Made by a program: the position numbers and the translations under genes
Source of the DNA: Okamejei kenojei
Lineage: Eukaryota
NCBI GenBank assembly: GCA_035221665.1
Contig: CM069147.1
Location: 25,606,001 to 25,670,000 of the forward strand
Direction: 5' to 3'
Length of the DNA stretch: 64,000 nucleotides
In this document: one piece after another, positions 1-14,184 of the stretch
Layout of the letters: each line of letters begins with the position of its first letter
Numbering within the stretch: the stretch's first letter is position 1
Notes under the pieces: model-generated
Seen by the model: only the letters and a program-made list of their open reading frames with translations
Told to the model about the DNA's origin: nothing
Database searches by the model: none

Positions 1-1829
1 TCTTACTTTAACTACATAAAACATGTATACCCGAACCGTTGGTGTTGGGCCTGGAGAAAAGTATACAGTCTCCGTCGCTAATGGGATCCTTATTATTTAT
101 CAAGAAAGAACTAACATGTAAAAGCAACGAGGTTGTGCCATTGCTTTTGGATAGAAAGTACGTCCAGTGCAAGATTGGGCAAATAAGTTAAGGGCAATGT
201 TTACAATGCTCTCTCTCCATTAGCTTTCCATTTCAATTTCATATTTTCAACATTCATCTGGGGGGGGGGGGGGGGTGCTGCTATTAATTCCCATTGGAAG
301 CCCGCGTACTCGCACAGTTATCTCCAGCGCGTTTCCTCCGACTGAGCCAGGTCAACGGGCTCGATTTCCTATGTCTTTTCTGAGACATTGTTTGACATTT
401 TCTGATAATCGCACGTTCTGTAATCGCAAATTTCACTGGACCTTAATTGGTACATGTGACAATAAACTGACCTTGAAACCTTGAAACGTATCGCTATTTC
501 TATAAGCACCCTCTACTTCAACATGTTTGCCTCCATCATAGTTTGGTCCTCAGCCATGCATGCTCAATTTATCAGTCTGCTGCTCTGAAATCTCGTCCCA
601 ACACCCACCTGGAACAAGAAGAGCTTTCTCCTTGTCCATAAGGTCAAGGTCATAAGGAATGGAGTAGAATTAAACCATTCGGTCCGTCAAGTATACTCCA
701 CAATTCAATCATGGCTGAACTATCTCTCCCTACTAACCCCACTCTTCTGCCTTCCCCCCACAGCATCTGACACCTGTACTAATCACGAATCTATCTATCT
801 CTGCCAATAAAATATCCACTGACGGCCTTCGCTAGCAAATTATTCCACAGATTCACCAATAATCTGTAGGTAATCTTAAGTAATTTTAAATGCTGCAGAA
901 TTAGTAATGAGTTCGAAAAAAACCCATTATTTCAATTGGAAACCTGAAACTCTCAGACCAATAAAACACTGAGTGCCAGTTAGCAAGTCCAAGGCAGAGA
1001 AAACTTCAGAAGGATGATTTAACAGGCCTGGGGTTCCTTGAGAAGGGCAATCGCCAACTTGGACTCAACAGCGACACATCTAGTAGAGCTGCTGTTTCAC
1101 AGCACCAAAGATACAAGTTCAATTCTAAATTGGGCCCTGACAAATGTAGAGTTTGCACCCTCTCCCTGTAATCATGTGGGTTTTCTCCTGGTGCTCCAGG
1201 TTTCTCTCACACCCCAAAGACGTGTGGATTTTTGCAGCAGCAATCGAGACTCCATGATAGGTTATAAGGGATAGGAGAAGAATTAGGCCATTCAACCCAT
1301 CAATTCTACTTCGCCATTCAATCGTGGCTGATCTATCTATCCATCCTAACCCCACTCTCCTGCCTTCTCACCATAAGCTCTTGTACTAATGAAGAATCTA
1401 TCTATCTCTGCCTAAAAAAATATCAACTGACTGCCTCCACGGCCTTCTTTTAATTATTTAATTTTGAGGCTATGACCTCTAGTCCTAGACTCTCCCGCAA
1501 GTGGAAACATTCTCTCCACATGCACTCTATCCAAGCCTTTCACTATTCTGTATGTTTCAATTAGGTTCCCCATTCTTCTGAACTCCAGCGAATACACGCC
1601 CAGTGCCGACAAACGCTCAACATAGGTTGACCTACTCATTCCTGGGATCATTCTTGTAAACATCTTCTGTACTACTACCCTCTAATCACATGGAATCATG
1701 CTCTATATTTTAAGCGGCCATCGCAGTCATGGCACCAGCTGACCGCTGATCTCCCTCTCCTTTCTTTATCGGAAAGGCATTGTTTCACCACAAATCATCG
1801 TCACTCTCCTGTATCTGCGAGCACCTAGT

Positions 1830-1986
1830 TGCCTTCTCACCATACCTTCGCATTCAGCGATAATATTGTAATGTTTGCCCTTTCAAAACTTCCATTAACA
1901 CCACACAGGGTGCCTTCTCATCGTACCTTCGCATTCATCGATAGATATTATAATGTTTGCCCTTTCAAAACTTCCAGTAACACCAT
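1830..1986. repeat. Two-copy about 80-bp tandem duplication, left arm only
   Basis: TGCCTTCTCA...TACCTTCGCATTCA...AATGTTTGCCCTTTCAAAACTTCCA.TAACACCA occurs twice; single copy at 59045-59115. Confidence 0.8.
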
Positions 1987-2064
1987 CTGCGTACTCCCGC
2001 CAGAGTTAACCTTTTCTGATTTTAGTTACGACAGTAAATTTGGTGAGGTCTATTGCACTTGGGG

Positions 2065-2340
2065 TACACCAGCTGTAGAGATACTGCCTGAACAGCGCCA
2101 GAGACACAGGTTTGATCCTAACCATGGATGCTGTCCGTGTGGAATGTGTATGTTCTCAATGTGACCGGGTTGTTGTTCTTCGGGTGATACGGTTTCCTCC
2201 CACATCTCTTAGATGTGGAGGTGTGAAGGCTAATTGGCTTCTGTAAATTGTCGGCAGTGTGTAGTGAGTGAATTAAAAAGTGTTCTAACAGAGAAATATA
2301 TGCCGGTGATCGATGATCAACGTGGACTTGGTGGGCTACC
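2065..2340 (+). mobile_element. Decayed V-SINE (orthologue at 58690-58950, minus strand)
   Basis: ACAGCGCCAGAGACACAGGTTTGATCC...GGTTTCCTCCCACA. Confidence 0.7.
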
Positions 2341-2903
2341 TCAATGAAGTCACAAAAAACGCATTATGGAATATCTTCCAACTACATTGACTAAAACTTT
2401 AGACCTGAAAAATGAATTCAACAATTTCAGAAAATTGGAAGTAAACTGGCAGTTTCTATGAATGAAAATAATGGCATAAATTCCAGATGCTGGGCGCATA
2501 AAATTAACAAAACATAGAAATGTCTAGGAGCACAGAACAGATCAGACAGATCAGAGGAACGCCCATCAGCCGGAATTATCGCTACTCCGTATTGTATGTA
2601 TGACCGTTCGAACATTTTCTTATTTCTCCTTTCTTTTCATTTTCCTCTTCTGTTTGAATCTCATCACAGTTCAGTAACAATGATAAAAGAAAACATCGAA
2701 CAGCGTATGTTATTAAATCTCCCTTAGCCTCTGTCTTCAGGCTTGTTGGTTTGGTCCCTTGGAACTTGAAATATGTGGATTACTATCGCTCTCCAATCTC
2801 CAAGGTTACAGTGATAAGACTGAAAATTATTTTACATATAAACAGAAAACAGTGCCCTTATTATGCAGGGAAACAGCTTTACAAGTATTTGCTGAGACGA
2901 CTT

Positions 2904-3073
2904 ATAGACAATAGACAATAGGTGCAGGAGTAGGCCATTTGGCCCTTCGAGGCAGCACCGCCATTCAATGTGATCATGGCTGATCATCCCCAATCAGTAC
3001 CCAGTTTCTGCCTCCTCCCCATATCCACTGACTCCTCTATTTTTAAGAGCCCTATCTAGCTCTCTCTTGAAAG
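2904..3073 (-). mobile_element. Short CR1 3'-end fragment, left arm only
   Basis: (ATAGACA)n-type tail followed by GGTGCAGGAGTAGGCCATT CR1 3' UTR. Confidence 0.8.
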
Positions 3074-3512
3074 CTTGTTGGTGTTCTGTGTGCTGTCCTG
3101 GTCATCCTGCTATACGTTGCATGTAATTGTTAGAAAAGGTGCAGAAATTATTTACCAAGGTATTAGCTGGAGTTATCCGGTGATGCCGAGTAGGTTGTGA
3201 TCTCTTCCCATGTGGCATAGGAGGTTTACCTAATTCAAGTATATAAAATTATGATGGTCGTAGAGAAAGTGAATGATTACAGTCGTTTTAGTCAGGGTAA
3301 TGGATTTTGAACATGGAAGATGAGGAGGGGCCCTAGGGGCAATTTCTTTCCGAGGAAGCGACAGAAGCGTATACAATTGTGATTTTCAAAGGATATTAGG
3401 ATAGGGGAAATAGGTCAAACGCGGGCAGACGAGTCTAATCCGGAATGCCAACTTGCTTGACGTCGACAGGGCGGGTCGAAGGGTCTTGCCTCCATGCTGT
3501 ATAGCTCTATAT

Positions 3513-6500
3513 AATAGTAAGATTAAATGAGAACTTACCAGTTGAAGTTTGATCTTTATTTTATGAGGAGTTACGATGAGGGATTACGTGAAGACCCCGC
3601 CAGGACGCATGCGCGACATTCTTCAAAGCAGTGGTGTGAAATCACAGATACCAGAGTAGACTAATATAGTAAGATAAGAGAGAACTTCCATACCAGTTGA
3701 ACTTTATAATAGAGGGTTTTGGAGCGGAGGGCACGTAATCCCTCATCGTAACTCCTCATAAAATAAAGATCAAACTTCAAACTGGTAAGTTCCCATTTAA
3801 TCTTACTATTTTACTTCGGAGTCACGTGAGTGACTACGTTGAAGATTTCAAAGCTCTGTGATTTCATGCCTGGAACGAGACCATGCTCACACACTGCCAT
3901 TCTGGGACGGAGGATGAACGTATTTCACACACGACACTGTGCTGAAAAACAATAAAGGTATTATTCATACCTAAAATAATATGCCCCACATTGGGTAATT
4001 TATTTTACAGAACTTAATTTTTCCCTGCAAACGTCTCAGGATCGACCAGGGTTTATTATAAAGCATTGAATGCGTTCATTGCTCCACCCCGCTGTGGCAA
4101 GTATGTGGTCCATAGGAACTCCCATCATCCTAGCGTCCGATGTAGATGCAGCCCTGTTGGAGTGAGATTTGAAACATTAGTATTCACCACTGCACGTAAA
4201 TACCACCCGAACCAATCTGGATATGGTTTGCACTGTGACCTTAGGTGAGGGCATTTATGGCTAATGAGAAAGCTCTCTCCGTGCCCATAAGTGTCTTAGT
4301 GACTATATATTGGAAAGTATGTGTCACTATGCAGAGCCGACTATCTGCAGGATAGGCCAGAACTCTAATATTGGCCAAAGGAACCGGGTCAGTCTAGTTT
4401 AAGTACCCCTGTATGTAGTAGGTTATCTGCCATTTGTGACAGACATGACGTCCTATTCTAGCTTGTGTAAGGACTGGACCCGTTGTGCTGATCCAAGTGC
4501 CATAATCATTCCATCTAGGATATTAGTTTGTCCAGAGTGAGCCCCGATATTGGTGTCCATCCTCGTAACATGGTGTACTACCTATGTCCCATATATGGGT
4601 GTGTCTGGGCCTGGGAGGAATAGAGTACAAATACCCCTCATTCGTTTAGGTACTAGTGGGTGTGATCCTATAGCCAGGTGATCACTCCCTCTGCCCAGAT
4701 ATTAGATAGGGCACTCCTTGCACTAATGGCACTGTAACTCAATCCTTCATCGACATGAAGGGTGGCCAGAACTCCAGCACTTCAGTGTTGGTGGCTGAGT
4801 CATATGTAGTGTTCGTCCTGGTGCAGAACACTTCCCATTTCCTGACATATGTCAGGTACTGTCTTCTCGTGGACTCCCTGCACGACGCTGAGATGGCATT
4901 GATCGTCCTGTCGGAGAGTCTGTATCCCAGAAATGGCCTGTTCAGAAACTGCAAATCAACAAGTACATACAGTCATGGCACGGATACTTTCCCGCACGGG
5001 TGTGTGCCAACCTCCTTGGCCGTTGTTGATCCAGATGCAGGGTTCTGAGACCATCTTTGTACTGTTGGGGAACCATGGTACCCGTTGCGGCGTCTTGTTT
5101 AATTATTGTAAGACTCGCCTGATGAGGCAGAAGGGGGAAAATGCATAGCAAAACAAATCGCCCCCCCCCCCCCCCACAATGCAGCGAGAAATCGTCCATC
5201 GCTGCTGCCCCTGGGTCTGGTTCCCAAGCAACATATGTTGGTAGTTGGTGAATTAGTCCGGATGGAAAGAAGGTCGATATCTGGTGTCCCATACCGGTCT
5301 ATAATATCTGTAAACACTTTCCGATCCAACATCCATTTAATGTTGTCGTTGAATTTACGTGACCTGATGTCTGCCACTGTATTTAGCTTACCTGGAAGGA
5401 AAGTGGTTGAGATCCAAATCTCTCTCCCAGACACCAGTGCCAGATATTATTAGCAATTCATCACATGATATCGACTTTATTTCACCCATATGATTATATA
5501 TAGGCCCCCAGTGTGGTATCAGTCTGTACCGTACATGCAACTGGTGCTCATCTGAGCAGTAGGCCCTGAGTCCATGAAACACTCCCAGCATTTCTAGATA
5601 ATTAATTCCTAGTGCTTTAAACAGAATAATTTTTGTGCACTCATCTGCCACCACAACTTGCGGTGGTATTAGTTGCTCCCCAACCTTTAGCACTGGCATC
5701 TGTCTGTAATGTACCCTAGGGATATAGAATGGGTTGATGGGGTTAGGATAATATGGAACATTTCTATCCACCAGTTTAATTCTAATTTACTTTCCTGGTA
5801 GATGCATAGGCCTATTGAAATGGCCTGTATGATTTTTGAGAGCTAAAATTTCCCTCTTCCAGGTTTTAATATGGAGTGGTCCAATTGTGCTGCTGGGAAC
5901 GCAGCCACCAATTCCCAATCACTCTTGCTCCTTGCCGAATGGATGGTTCCCTGATGCCAGTGAGGCTTTTGCATACTCCCATCAAGTCTGTCACTTTGTT
6001 TGGTGGCAAGGTGATAGACATATGAACAGAGTCAATAGTGAACCCAAATAATCCATGGTAGTGGAGGGTTCCAATTTTGATTTATCTGGATGTACGTTAA
6101 ATCTCTGTGTTGTGGCTGATACCACCAATGTAGCCAGCTCCAATTTTCACCTACAATGAGAATATCATCAAGGTAATCCATGACGATATGGTTATGTTTC
6201 TTTAAGTATGCTAAAGCTGGTTTAATAAATTTGTAATAGCCTGGGTGCTGATGACAACCCATTGGATAAGGCATACTGCCATTGCTGTCCCATCCAGATA
6301 AATTTCAGGTATTTACGATGACCCTGTGTGTGACAAACGTGTCTATTTTGAAATGGGCATACTGAACGGAAGTATTTAGTTTGGTCAAATCTGTAATGAT
6401 ACGGCAACCACCATCTTTTTAGTTTTTTATAAATATATTTGATACGAACTCTTGAAATTCTCTGATTGTTTTCTCAATCCCTTTTGTGTTTAGTCTTAAC

Positions 6501-8125
6501 AGTTCAGCATGGCCTGCTGTTCTCTCTTTTTGTGAAATATGAACTTCCTGCTAGGCGTATGCTGAACTGGGACGGTAGTTCGTATACAAATTCAATTTTG
6601 TCATTCTGAATACTTCCGAGTATGTAAAAGTTCAGAGGTAAAAGTGCAGCACACATGATGAAACAAGTGCAACCGTCCCCCAACTTTAATGAATCGGACA
6701 TGCAATGTTTTTTTAAGACAACCAGACCCACCTACCTCCATGGTTACCGGTGTTGTGTGGGTTTGTCTCCACAGTTGTTTATTCTGGTATTGTGTTGCTG
6801 CATTGTGGGGTTGGCGCATTTTCCATGAAGGCCGGGCTGGGCCATGGTCTGAAAGACCGCTGTGCAGGTGGGCCGGCCTTCGAGCTTTCACCACCAGATG
6901 GTCTTCCATAGCACCGATGTCTGGTGGGTGTGTAGGGGTGCTGCCGCTGTTGATAGTGGGTTTTAGAGGTGCTTGGCACCTTGATCAGGCCTATAGCCTT
7001 GGCTTCCTCATGCAGGTCTTTCACCTGCTTCGGGAGGTCCCCCAACAGCAATTTTGGCGCCTGTGTGCTAACTTGTCTTGCATAATTCCGCACTTCTTGA
7101 TGATGCTCTTCCTGTAACTGTAAATCTCCACTGAGTATTACACAGTCTTCTAGAGCATCACGTAACTCTTCAGGCAAATCAACCCCATCAGTTGTCCTGG
7201 TACTGCTGTGATTTTAGCAGCCAGCAGTTTCCTCTGGAGCTTCACCTCCTGGCTCCTTATAGATGGGCTCCTGTTGCCCCAGATGGGGTCATAGACTGCT
7301 GGTACTTTAAGAGAAATGGAGTTCTCTGGAGCAATGTACTTCCCAGCCATAAAGTTAATGGCTTGCTCCTGTAGCTGTTTTGTAGCCATGTATTTTGTAC
7401 TGGCTTGCAGCTTTGTATAGGCAGTCCTTCTTGAGTTGATACAGCATGTGTCCCACAATCTTCTGCTGCTCTCTCTTCTGGCACCCCTCACAGTTGACTG
7501 TTCAGCCATTGCCCCTTCTTCAGGGTCAGCCCAGCTCTGACCCCTAATGCTCCCCTGCGAAGAGGGTGAGACATTTGGCAGTCCTTGAAAGGATCCTGCT
7601 GTGGGTCTGCGAAGAGACCCACTGTGACTCTGCCCCTGCATAAGCAGGTCACGCTGGAGCACTGCTCCCCACCCGCTCCCGCGGGAAAGACGCCCGCCGT
7701 CGCTATCTGTGAACGGGGTGTCTTCAGGTCCGGACCCAGCCGAGTCAACGGACCTGTCCGACTTCCGGGTGGTTTTGCCGCCGACCGCGGCGCACCTGCG
7801 GTCTGTAGCGGCGAGAAGCCGGGAGCTGCTGGCAGCACCTGCAGCTCTGGAGAGACGGCACGCTGCTGGCTGCTTCCACAGCAGCGGTATCAAGCTGCTG
7901 CTCTCCCCTGCGCGACTCCATGGTGCTTCCTCCTGAAAAAGAAATTACACCGGGTCGCCACGCTCACCAGAAAAGGTAAGACTTACCTTCAGTAATTTTT
8001 CAAAATTCGCGCTGGAGGAGCGGCGCTCCTCCCGACTGTCGCTTCCGCAATGCGTTCGACGATATGTCGCGCATGCATCCTGGCGGGGTCTTCACGTAGT
8101 CACTCACGTGACTCCGAAGTAAAAT
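3513..8125 (-). mobile_element. DIRS1-type tyrosine-recombinase retrotransposon, full-length but frameshifted
   Basis: Minus-strand fragments: gag-like (7893-6779), RT (HIVMDYLDDILIVG), RNase H (WISTTFLPGKLNTVADIRSR), MT-like segment (GTPDIDL...QLPTYVAWEPDPGAAAMD) and YR N-terminus (STRRQYLTYVRKWEVFC). ITR 3585-3619 vs 8064-8098. ICR 3732-3840 is complementary to both termini. No TSD. Empty site in the right arm near 57646. Confidence 0.93.
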
Positions 8126-8536
8126 CAGAGATAAACAGCGAGTTCAATCGTTCGCTATTAAAAAAACATACAAACACAACTGTCATCTTTGCACAATGTC
8201 TCATACTAACCAGTATCTAATTACCTAGACTGGTCATACCTTTTCATTTCAACGAAGACACGCTCACTATCTTCATTCAAACTTTTAAAACGGTCTGGCG
8301 TACGTTTTGGCTGGGAATTCATGAAATGCCTTGACATGAAACAGACATTATTGAAGGTATTAACCTCGTACTCATTCCAAGAATTCTGTGAGTTTCAACG
8401 GTCGGAACCAGGAGGGTGGCGTGAGACACGTTGCAACTATAAACCGATCGACTATCCACTACTTGCAGGAAGCTGGAAACAAGGTATAATCCTTCATCGT
8501 TCCGTATTTTAGTGGTACTTATTCCAGAAGTGATTT

Positions 8537-11500
8537 AGAAACATAGAAACATAGAAACATAGAAATTAGGAGCAGGAGCAAGCCATTCGGCCCTTCGAGT
8601 CTGCACCGCCATTCAATATGATCATGGCTGATCATCCACCTCAATATCCTTTACCTGCCTTCTTTCCATACCCTCTGATCCCTTCAGCCACATACAACTC
8701 CCTCTTAAATATGGCCAACGAACTGGCCTCAACTACCTTCTGTGGCAGAGAATTCCACAGATTCACCACTATCTGTGTGAAAAACGATTTTCTCATCTCG
8801 GTCCTAAAAGACTTCCCCCTTATCCTTAAAACTGTGACCCCTTGTCCTGGACTTCCCCAACATCGGGAACAATCTTCCTGCATCTAGCCTGTCCAACCCC
8901 TTAAGAAATGTGTAAGTCTCTATGGGATCACCCCTCAATCTTCTAAATTCCAGCGAGTACAAGCCGAGTCTATCCAGTCTTTCTTCATATGGAAGTCGTG
9001 CCATCCCAGGGAATCAGTCTGGTGAACCTTCTCTGTACTCCCTCTATGGCAAGAATGTCTTTCCTCAGATTAGGAGACCAAAACTGTACGCAATACTCCA
9101 GGTGTGGCCTCACCAAGACCCTATACAACTGCAGTAGAACCTCCCTGCTCTACTATTCAAATCCTTTTGCTATGAATGCCAACATACCATTCGCTTTCTT
9201 CACAGCCTGCTGCACCTGCATGCCTACTTTCAATGACTGGTGTACTATGACACCCAGGTCTCGCTGCATCTCCCCTTTTCCTAATAGGTCACCATTCAAA
9301 TAATAGTCTACCTTCCTGTTTTTGCCACCAAAGTGGATAACCTCAAATGTATCCACATTATACTGCATCTGCCATGCATTTGCCCACTCACCCAATCTAT
9401 CCAAGTCATCTTGCAACATTCTAGCATCCTCCTCACAGCTAACACTGCCCCCCAGCTTTGTGTCATCCGCAAACTTCGAGATGTTGCATTTAATTCCCTC
9501 GTACAAATCATTAATGTATATTGTAAATAGCTGGGGTCCCAGCACTGAGCCTTGCGGCACCCCACTAGTCACTGTCTGCCATCCTGAAAAGGACCCGTTC
9601 ATTCCTACTCTTTGCTTCCTGTCTGCCAGCCAGTTCTCTATCCACCTCAATACTGAACCACCAATACCGTGTGCTTTAAGTTTGTATACCAATCTCTTGT
9701 GTGGGACTTGTCAAAAGCCTTCTGAAAGTCCAGATATAGCACACCCACTGCTTCTCCCTTATCCACTCTATTAGTTATATCCTCAAAAAATTCCACAAGA
9801 TTCGTCAGACATGATTTACCTTTCGTAAATCCATGCTAACTTTGTCCAATGATTTCACCACTTTCCAAATGCGCTGCTATCCCATCTCTAATAATTGACT
9901 CTAGCAGTTTCCCCACTACCGATGTTAGACTAACTGGTCTGTAATTCCCCGTTTTCTCTCTCCCTCCCTTTTTAAAAAGTGGGGTTACATTAGCTACCTT
10001 CCAATCCTCAGGAACTACTCCAGAATCTAAAGAGTTTTGAAAAATTATCACTAAGGCATCTGCTATTTCTGGGGCTACTTCCTTACTGGGATGCAGCCTA
10101 TCTGGCTCTGGGATCGGCCTTTAATCCATTCAATTTACCTAACACCACTTTCCGGCTAACCTGGATTTCACTCATTTCCTCCATCTCATTTGACCCGCGA
10201 TCCCCTGCTATTTCCAGCAAATTATTTATGTCTTCTTAGTGAAGACAGAAACAAAGTAGTTATTGAATTTGGTCTGCCATGTCCTTGTTCCCCATGATCA
10301 ATTCACCCGTTTCTGACTGCAAGGGATCTACATTTGTTTTAACTAATCTTTTGCATATCGATAAAAACTTTAGCAGTCAGTTTTTATGTTTCCTGTCAGT
10401 TTTCTTTCATACTCCATTTTCCCTTTCCTAATTAAGCCCTTTGTCCTCCTCTGTTGTTGTCTGAATTTCTCCCAGTCCTCTGGTCGGCTGCTTTTTCTGG
10501 CTAATTTGTACGCTTCATCTTTTCTTTGATACTATCTCTGATTTCCTCATTATCCACGGATGCGCCACCTTCCCTGATTTATTCTTTTGCCATACTGGGA
10601 TGAACAATTTTTGTAGTTCATCCATGCAGTCTTTAAATACCTTCCATTGCATATCCACCGTCAACCCTTCAAGAATCAATTGCCAGTCGATCCTGGCCAA
10701 TTCACGTCTCATACCCTCAAAGTTACCTTTCTTTAAGTTCATGACCCGTGTTTTCTGAATTAACAATGTCACTCTCCATCCTAATGAAGAACTCAACCAT
10801 ATTATGGTCACTCTTGCCCATGGGGCCATGTACAACAAGACTGCTAACTAACCCTTCGTCATTACTCAATATCCAGTCTAGAATAGCCTGCTCTCTCGTT
10901 GCTTCCTCCACAGTTGCTTCCTCCACATCAGGAACAATCAACATGGATTTGTGCCTGGAAGGTCATGTTTGACAAACCTTCTTGAATTTTTTGAAGCGGT
11001 AACTAGGGAAATTGATGAGGGTAAAGCAGTGGATGTTGTCTATATGGATTTCAGTAAGGCCTTTGACAAGGTTCCCATGGAAGGTTGGTTCACAAGGTTC
11101 AATCTTTGGGTGTTAATGCGGAGTAGCAAGATGGATTCAACAGTGGCTGAATGGGAGATGTCAGAGAGTAATGGTGGATGGCTGTTTTGTCAGGTTGGAA
11201 GCCGGTGACCAGTGGGGTGCCTCAGGGATCTGTGTTGCGTCCACTGTTGTTTGTCATGTACATCAATGATCTGGATGATGGGGTGGAAAATTGGATAAGT
11301 AAGTATGCAGATGATACTAAGATAGGTGGTATTGTGGATAATGAAGTAGATTCTCAAAGTCTACAGAGAGATTTGGGCCATTTGGAAAAGTGGGCTGAAA
11401 GATGGCAGATGGAGTTTAATGCTGATAAGTGTGAAGTGCTACATCTTGGCAGGACAAATCAAATAGGACGTACATGGTAAATGGTAGGAATTGAGGAATG

Positions 11501-13909
11501 CTGTGGAACAGAGGGATCTAGGAATAACTGTGCATGGTTCCCTGAAGGTGGAATCACATGTAGATAGGGTGGTAAAGAAAGCCTTTGGTGTGCTGGCCTT
11601 TTATAAATCAGAGCATTGAATATAGGAGTAGGGAAGTAATGTTAAAATTGTACAAGGCATTGGTAAGACCAATTCTGGAGTATGGTGTACAATTTTGGTC
11701 GCCTAGTTATAGAAAGGATGTCAACAAAATAGAGAGAGTACAGAGGAGATTTACTAGAATGTTGCCAGGGTTCCAGCAACTATGTTACAGAGAAAGGTTG
11801 AACAAGTTTAGGTCTTTATTCTTTGGAGCGCAGAAGGTTTAAGGGGGGACTTGATTGAGGTCTTTAAAATGATGAAAGGGATAGACAGAGTTGACGTGGA
11901 TAAGCTTTTCCCATTGAGGGTTGGGAAGATTCAAACAAGAGGGCATGACATGAGAATTAAGGGACAGAAGTTTAGGGGTAACGTGAGGGGGAACTTCTTT
12001 ACTCAGAGGGTGGTGGCTGTGTGGAATGAGCTTCCAGCAGAGGTGGTGGAGGCAGGATCGATTTTAACATTTAAAAGTAAAGTGGATAGGTATATGGACG
12101 TGAAGGGAATGGAGGGGTATGGTCTGAGTGCAGGTAGATGGGACTAGGGGGAAAACAAATGGTCGGCACGGACTGGAAAGGGCCGAGAGGGCCTGTCTCC
12201 GTGCTGTAATTGTTATATGGTTATATGGTTATATGTTGGTTTAGAAAACTATCCCGCATACATTCCAAGAAATCCTCTTCCTCAGCACCCCTGACAATTT
12301 GATTCACCCAATCTATATGTAGATTGAAGTCACCCGTTATAACGGTTTTACCTTCGTTGCAAGCATTTCTAATTTCCTGTTTGATTTCATCCCCAACTCC
12401 ACTACTACTGTTAGGTGGCCTGTAGACAACACCCGCTAGCCTTTTCTGCCCCTTAGTGTTTCGCAGCTCCACCCATATCGATTCCACATCCTCCAAGCTA
12501 ATGTCATTCCTTTCTATTGCGTTAATCTCCGCTCTAACCAGCAATGCTACCCCACCTCCTTTTCCTCTCTGTCTATCCTCCTGAATATTGAATATCCCTG
12601 GATGTTCAGCTCCCAGCCTTGTCACCCTGGAGCCATGTCTCCGTGATCCCAACTATATCATAAGTATAATAGCTATCTGCACATTCAACTCATCCACCTT
12701 TTAACGAATGCTCCTTGCATTGAGATACAAAGCCGTCAGGCTTGTTTTTACAACATTCTTGGCCCTGTTACAATTATGTTGAAAAGTGACCCTTTTAGAT
12801 TTTTGCCCTGGATTTGTTTTCCTGCCACTTTTCACCTTGCTACCTATTGCTCCTATCCTCATTTTACACCCCTCTGTCTCTCTGCTCACACATGTAAGAA
12901 ACCCTCCACTTCTTATTCTCCATTTGTTTATTTTTTTTTCTTCTTTCCTCCGTACGTGTTGCGTCTGACTGCTTTTCTTCTCTGCCTCCTGCCTCACACA
13001 CGGACTACTTGCCTTCTCTATTTGAGTCCCTCCCCCCAACCGATCTAGTTTAAAGTCTCCCCAGTAGCCTTTGCAAATCTCCCCGCCAGGATATTGGTTC
13101 CCCTCGGGTTCAAGTGCAACCCGTCCTTTTTGTACAGGTCACACCTTCCCCAAAAGAGGTCCCAATGATCCAAAACTTGAATCTCTGCGCTCTGCACCAG
13201 TCCTTTAGCCACGCATTGATCCTCCCCTTGCTCCATTCCTACTCTCACTGTCGCGTAGTACAGGCAGTAATCCTGAGATTGTTACCTGTGCGGTCCTTCT
13301 CCTTAACACTCTTCCTAACTCCCTAAATTCTCCTCTCAGGACCTCCTCTCTTTTTCTACCTATGTCATTGGTACCTATATGTACCACTACCTCTGGCTCC
13401 TCTCCCTCCCATTTCAAGATATCTTGGACACGTTCAGTCACATCCTGGACCCTGGCACCAGGGAGGCAAACTACCATCCGGGTCTCCTGACTGCGTCCAC
13501 AGAATCACCTATCTGACCCCCTAACTATAGAGTCCCCTATTACTGCTGCCCTCCTCTTCTTTTCCTTACCCCTTCTGAGCAACAGGGCCGGTCTTTGTAC
13601 TGGAGGCCCGGTCGCTGTTGCTACAGGTAGCTGTGCCCCCAAACAGTACTCAAACATGAGTACTTATTGCCAAGGTGTACAGCCACCGGGGTACTCTCTA
13701 GTCCCTGCCTCTGTCCCTTGCCTCTCCTAACCGTGACCCACTTTTCTGCCTCCTGTGGTTTTGGTGTGACCACCTGTCTGTAGCTCCTCTCTATGGCTTC
13801 CTCACTCTCCCTGACCAGACGGAGGTCATCGAGCTGCTGCTCCAGGTACCGAATACGGTCCATTTGGAGCGCCATCTTGACGCACCTGGTGCAGATGTGG
13901 ACGTCTGGA
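8537..13909 (-). mobile_element. Near full-length CR1 LINE (ORF1 Zn-finger and SGNH esterase; ORF2 EN/RT fragments) inserted in the C1 exon
   Basis: ORF1 DVHICTRC and VVCLPGARVQDV...VVVHIGTNDIG. ORF2 GVVYRPPN, GDFN, NYRPVSLTS, GVPQGSVLGP, KFADDTK. (CATAGAAA)n tail at 8537-8564. TSD GATTT. Confidence 0.95.
10929..12233 (+). mobile_element. 5'-truncated CR1 of a second subfamily nested antisense in the host CR1
   Basis: RSCLTNLLEFFE, GVPQGSVL, KYADDTK. (GGTTATAT)n tail near 12212-12234. The host ORF2 resumes on both sides. Confidence 0.92.
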
Positions 13910-14184
13910 GATTTTGTGGTCATCTTTACACCAGGTAAGTTCACAGTCCTTCGGGAAAAACAGAGCAGTTGTACAGTTTAGGGCCAAGGAAGGGGTGTTC
14001 ATCTGTTTAATCTTCAAAGGCGTCGGTGACACTGCAAACAATTTAAGATAAAGGAGTTAGCACCCCTATATGTTTATTTAGAAGACAATATAATCGCTTT
14101 CGAAATGGATAATACCATTGCATCTTGAGCGTTCCTTTAGTAGTAAAATATTTTAACTATGTTGTTGGTAAATCATGTACGGAC

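Larger units (their letters stand above)
8372..14031 (-). pseudogene. C1 exon of left copy, interrupted by CR1
   Basis: (V)SPTPLKIKQMNTPSLALNCTTALFFPKDCELTWCKDDHKI | TSGISTTKIRNDEGLYLVSSFLQVVDSRSVYSCNVSHATLLVPTVETHRILGM. TSD GATTT at 8532-8536 and 13910-13914. Confidence 0.9.
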
